59,601 nt of DNA. It comes from Candidatus Thorarchaeota archaeon. GTDB lineage: Archaea; Asgardarchaeota; Thorarchaeia; Thorarchaeales; Thorarchaeaceae. Shown one piece after another: positions 57,533-59,601 of this stretch. The notes under the pieces were generated by a model that was not told the DNA's origin, made no database searches, and worked only from the letters and a program-made list of their open reading frames with translations. Made by a program: the position numbers and the translations under genes. Location of the stretch: positions 1 through 59,601 of the forward strand of contig JAWOEX010000008.1 in assembly GCA_046482545.1 (NCBI GenBank), read 5' to 3'. Numbering within the stretch: the first letter of the stretch is position 1; each line of letters starts with the position of its first letter.

Positions 57533-59353
57533 ATGTCCAAGGAAGAGATGATTTGGGATTTATACCAGTTACTGGAGCCGACTGAAATCCAAGTTGAAGG
57601 TCTTCGTCGCGAGCCGGGCTGGCCCGGAAAGGTTGAGAAGGCACTGGAAAAGGCAGTTGAAGACGCAGAAGCATTCAGCGACAAGTATCGCGGGAAGATC
57701 AAAGACATGAATGCAGAAGAGCTGGCTGACATGCTCGAGGAATTTGATGAACTTGTCCTGAAGCATGAAGGACCTGGGATGTTCGCTCATCTCCGATACG
57801 CCGCTGATTCTACTGATGCAATATCGAAACAGCTTAACGATGCTGCTCGAAGGGCAAGAATGAAGTTCAGACAAGCATTAGCCTTCAAGGATATCGAGCT
57901 GGGAAAATTGCTTGGCGATAAGCCACACATAATCAATGAACCAGAGGTATCAGAGTATCAACATTACCTGGAGAAGATTAAACGCGAAGTTCCGTACATG
58001 CTTTCTGAAGAGAAAGAACAGCTGATTATAACGAAGGACAAGAACGGCATAGACGCGTGGCAGCAATTGCAGGGCGACTGGCTTTCAACCCGGTCTTTCG
58101 AGATTGAGGTTGATGGCCAAAAGAAGACCATGTCATATGGTGAAATCATCGGCCTCTACGAAGACCCGAATCGAGATCTGAGGAAGCGAGCAAACAGGAT
58201 TGTCTATGATGGGCTAGGTGAAGACGAAATCATCTGGGCCAGTGCGATTCGCTCAGTCTGTTCTGACCATCTGGAGATGTGCGACATTCGTGATTATCCC
58301 TCTCCTATGACTCAGAGTCTCATTGCGAACGACATCAAGAAGGATGCAGTAGAGACGCTGATGGACACAATAGAGGACAGCGTTGACATCTATCGGAAAT
58401 ACTTGAAGCTCAAGGCAAAGATTATGGGGCTTGATAAGCTTGGCAACTGGGATATCGTTGCACCCTTGCCAAACGCGCCAGAAAAGGAATACTCATGGCA
58501 AGAAGCGCGTAACGAGGTCGTGGGAGCCTATAGCTCTTTTGATGAGCAGATAGCGTCATGGGTCGATGAAATGTTCGAGAAGCGACATATTGACGGCGAA
58601 GTCAGAGAAGGAAAGCGGTCGGGTGCTTTCTGTGCATCATGGCTAGCTGGGAAGAGCGCTTACATCCTTCTGAGTTTCAACAAGCGAATGGGGAACGTGT
58701 ACACGCTTGCTCACGAGAATGGGCACGCAATTCATGATTACCTGATGTCGCGAGAACAGAAACCATCGAATTGTGAAGTCGGTAGCTGCATAGCCGAATG
58801 TGGTAGTATTTTCGGTGAATTGTTGCTTACCGAGCGTTTGCTGCGAGAAGCCAAATCAAAGGAACAGAAACAGGCTGTTCTCGCTACCATTCTTGATGAA
58901 TTCGGAATGGCCGCGTTTCAGGTTTCGGCCCGTGTCTTCTTTGAGAAAAGCATGTACGACACGATTGATGAAGGCAAGTTCCTTGATGGTGATACCGTGG
59001 CTGAATTGTGGACGAGTGCGCGTGACAAGATCTACGGCGAAGCAGTGGAATGGCTTCCCGAAATGCGCTGGGAGTGGACGATGAAAATCCACTACTATAT
59101 GCCAAGATACCGCTTCTATAATTATCCATATGTTTTCGCTCAATTGTTCGTATACGCGTTGTACCGGCTCTACAAAGAACAAGGTAAAGAAATTGTACCG
59201 AAGCTGAAGGCATTGCTGGCAGCAGGTTCGAGCAAATCTCCAGCTGAACTAGCAGATCATCTTGGCTTCGATATCTCATCCAAGAAGTTCTGGCAGAAAG
59301 GCATGAAGCAGTTCGAGGAATTCATTGACATCCTTGGAGAAACAGTAGAGTAG
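57533..59353 (+). CDS. pepF: Oligoendopeptidase F (M3B peptidase)
   Basis: WDL, GKRSGAFC, TLAHENGHAIH, AECGS.FGE, FYNYPYVF. Confidence 0.93.
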   Translation: MSKEEMIWDLYQLLEPTEIQVEGLRREPGWPGKVEKALEKAVEDAEAFSDKYRGKIKDMNAEELADMLEEFDELVLKHEGPGMFAHLRYAADSTDAISKQLNDAARRARMKFRQALAFKDIELGKLLGDKPHIINEPEVSEYQHYLEKIKREVPYMLSEEKEQLIITKDKNGIDAWQQLQGDWLSTRSFEIEVDGQKKTMSYGEIIGLYEDPNRDLRKRANRIVYDGLGEDEIIWASAIRSVCSDHLEMCDIRDYPSPMTQSLIANDIKKDAVETLMDTIEDSVDIYRKYLKLKAKIMGLDKLGNWDIVAPLPNAPEKEYSWQEARNEVVGAYSSFDEQIASWVDEMFEKRHIDGEVREGKRSGAFCASWLAGKSAYILLSFNKRMGNVYTLAHENGHAIHDYLMSREQKPSNCEVGSCIAECGSIFGELLLTERLLREAKSKEQKQAVLATILDEFGMAAFQVSARVFFEKSMYDTIDEGKFLDGDTVAELWTSARDKIYGEAVEWLPEMRWEWTMKIHYYMPRYRFYNYPYVFAQLFVYALYRLYKEQGKEIVPKLKALLAAGSSKSPAELADHLGFDISSKKFWQKGMKQFEEFIDILGETVE

Positions 59354-59601
59354 CCAATCAGGCTCGGATATTCCTTGGAATGGAGTGCCTCGCGACGCAA
59401 ACACTTCATCTCCACAACGACTCGATGAAGGTGCGACCAAGCGTGGTTAGTAGCTTTCCATCATAGAAGTATCATCAGGGAGACCGGTGAAGCCCTGTGA
59501 TACCTATTCAACCACAATCCTAGCTTCATCCGATCCTGAAACTCTTATGGAGCTCTGTTTCATGGCTAAAATAACAGTCGTGCAACAGGGCGGTCCCTAT
59601 C

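Noticed and set aside
51-59279. Numerous 60-155 aa ORFs antisense to or nested in long genes (e.g. 784-1137, 16997-17386, 19158-19625, 58884-59279)
   Set aside because: They are shadow ORFs overlapping well-supported genes and have no recognisable motifs.
59354-59601. Partial gene or ncRNA at the window end
   Set aside because: The minus-strand frames contain stops and no recognisable motif or RNA structure was found.

Overview
This window reads as chromosomal DNA from an Asgard archaeon, most likely Thorarchaeia. That is an inference from a Rab-like small GTPase, two giant NosD/beta-helix + Ig-repeat surface proteins with Thr-rich/TM/basic tails, many peptidases, archaeal TATA boxes and frequent TTG/GTG starts. 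About 50 genes can be supported. They include a peptide-catabolism block (TldD/PmbA, rhomboid, M32, isoaspartyl peptidase, S9, M3B), a cobalamin/Fe-siderophore-type ABC importer with a palindromic operator, a GlcD/GlcF-like FAD/Fe-S oxidoreductase set with an SCP2 protein, and three toxin-antitoxin pairs (2x MNT-HEPN, 1x DUF2281-VapC). The most interesting locus is 13.1-21.3 kb. There, a membrane-anchored linalool dehydratase/isomerase (LinD/Ldi)-family enzyme retains the C-E-P-x6-C and M-x3-H active-site motifs and is translationally coupled to an ECF S-component. It is transcribed divergently from a six-gene operon: CxC exoprotein, DUF4418-like protein, NosL-like Cys-rich protein, 2-TM protein, FtsX/MacB permease and ABC ATPase. 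A Cys/His-motif membrane protein lies nearby. Several genes carry in-frame stops that the ORF track hides (11957 TAG, 23132 TGA, 53438 TGA, 52690 TAG), including a three-copy tandem paralog array in progressive decay. No CRISPR array, rRNA, intact tRNA, transposase or integrase was seen. All family assignments come from motif recognition by eye, not from database searches.
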